The notes beneath the pieces are model-generated. The model was given only the letters and a program-made list of their open reading frames with translations. It was not told where the DNA came from and made no database searches. Of a stretch of DNA of 64,000 bases, positions 63,759 through 64,000 are shown piece by piece. Positions within the stretch are counted from its first letter, which is position 1. Each line of letters opens with the position of its first letter. Source of the DNA: Podarcis melisellensis (lineage: Eukaryota); assembly GCA_964234715.1 (NCBI GenBank), contig OZ174277.1. One strand, 5' to 3'. The position numbers and the translations under genes are program-made.

Positions 63759-63812
63759 GTATACTGTTCCTTTGTATAACTATTTGTATTCCCAATTCAT
63801 GCTGTTTCTGTA

Positions 63813-64000
63813 CAGTGGAACCTCGGTTTTTTAACGACTCGACTGCCAAACATTTTGGAAGCTGAACACCAAAACCTGGAAGTGAATGCTTCTGTTTTCA
63901 AACATGCCTTGGAAGTTCAACGGCTTCTGTGGCGCTTTTTTCCATTTTCACCATTCACTTTGCCGATAGCCCTTTGATTTTCGGTTTTTGAATGTTTCAG
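63813..64000. mobile_element. Tigger-like MITE, left part (runs off the window)
   Basis: ta|cagtggaacctcgg terminus. Confidence 0.75.

Noticed and set aside
63759-63775. U12-type donor after exon 3 (also gtatcc at 35297)
   Set aside because: GTATACTG and GTATCCAT do not match the strict U12 consensus RTATCCTT.
1-64000. Prokaryotic-style systems (operons, CRISPR arrays, retrons, defence islands)
   Set aside because: The sequence is intron-rich vertebrate DNA. There is no repeat-spacer array, and the only RT ORF is an ordinary L2 LINE fragment.

Overview
Vertebrate genomic DNA, not prokaryotic. The repeat content (BovB, Sauria SINE, Squam2/Squam3-type SINEs, young L2, CR1, Penelope, Tigger/Tc2 and hAT MITEs) points to a squamate reptile, probably a lacertid lizard (inference). 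The only host protein-coding gene I can support is the 5' part of PPP2R5A (PP2A B56-alpha), + strand: CpG-island promoter about 34.2-36.1 kb, coding exons 35673-35826, 54449-54645 and 63657-63758 (151 codons, frames join correctly). The gene continues beyond the window. Bases 1-34 kb are intergenic. Almost all ORFs in the supplied track are spurious or transposon-derived. I see no clear new multi-gene system. The best leads are: (1) young inverted L2 copies bracketing exon 2 (circRNA, skipping or editing substrate); (2) an L2 LINE and Squam3-type SINE sharing a 3' stem-loop, with 5' junction duplications; (3) a 147-bp hAT MITE carrying telomeric TTAGGG motifs, nested in another hAT; (4) a CCAAT-rich solo-LTR family; (5) a truncated Penelope hammerhead ribozyme near the promoter; (6) uORFs and a GGATTA repeat in the 5' leader. 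Repeat family names come from my recall of consensus features, not from a database search.
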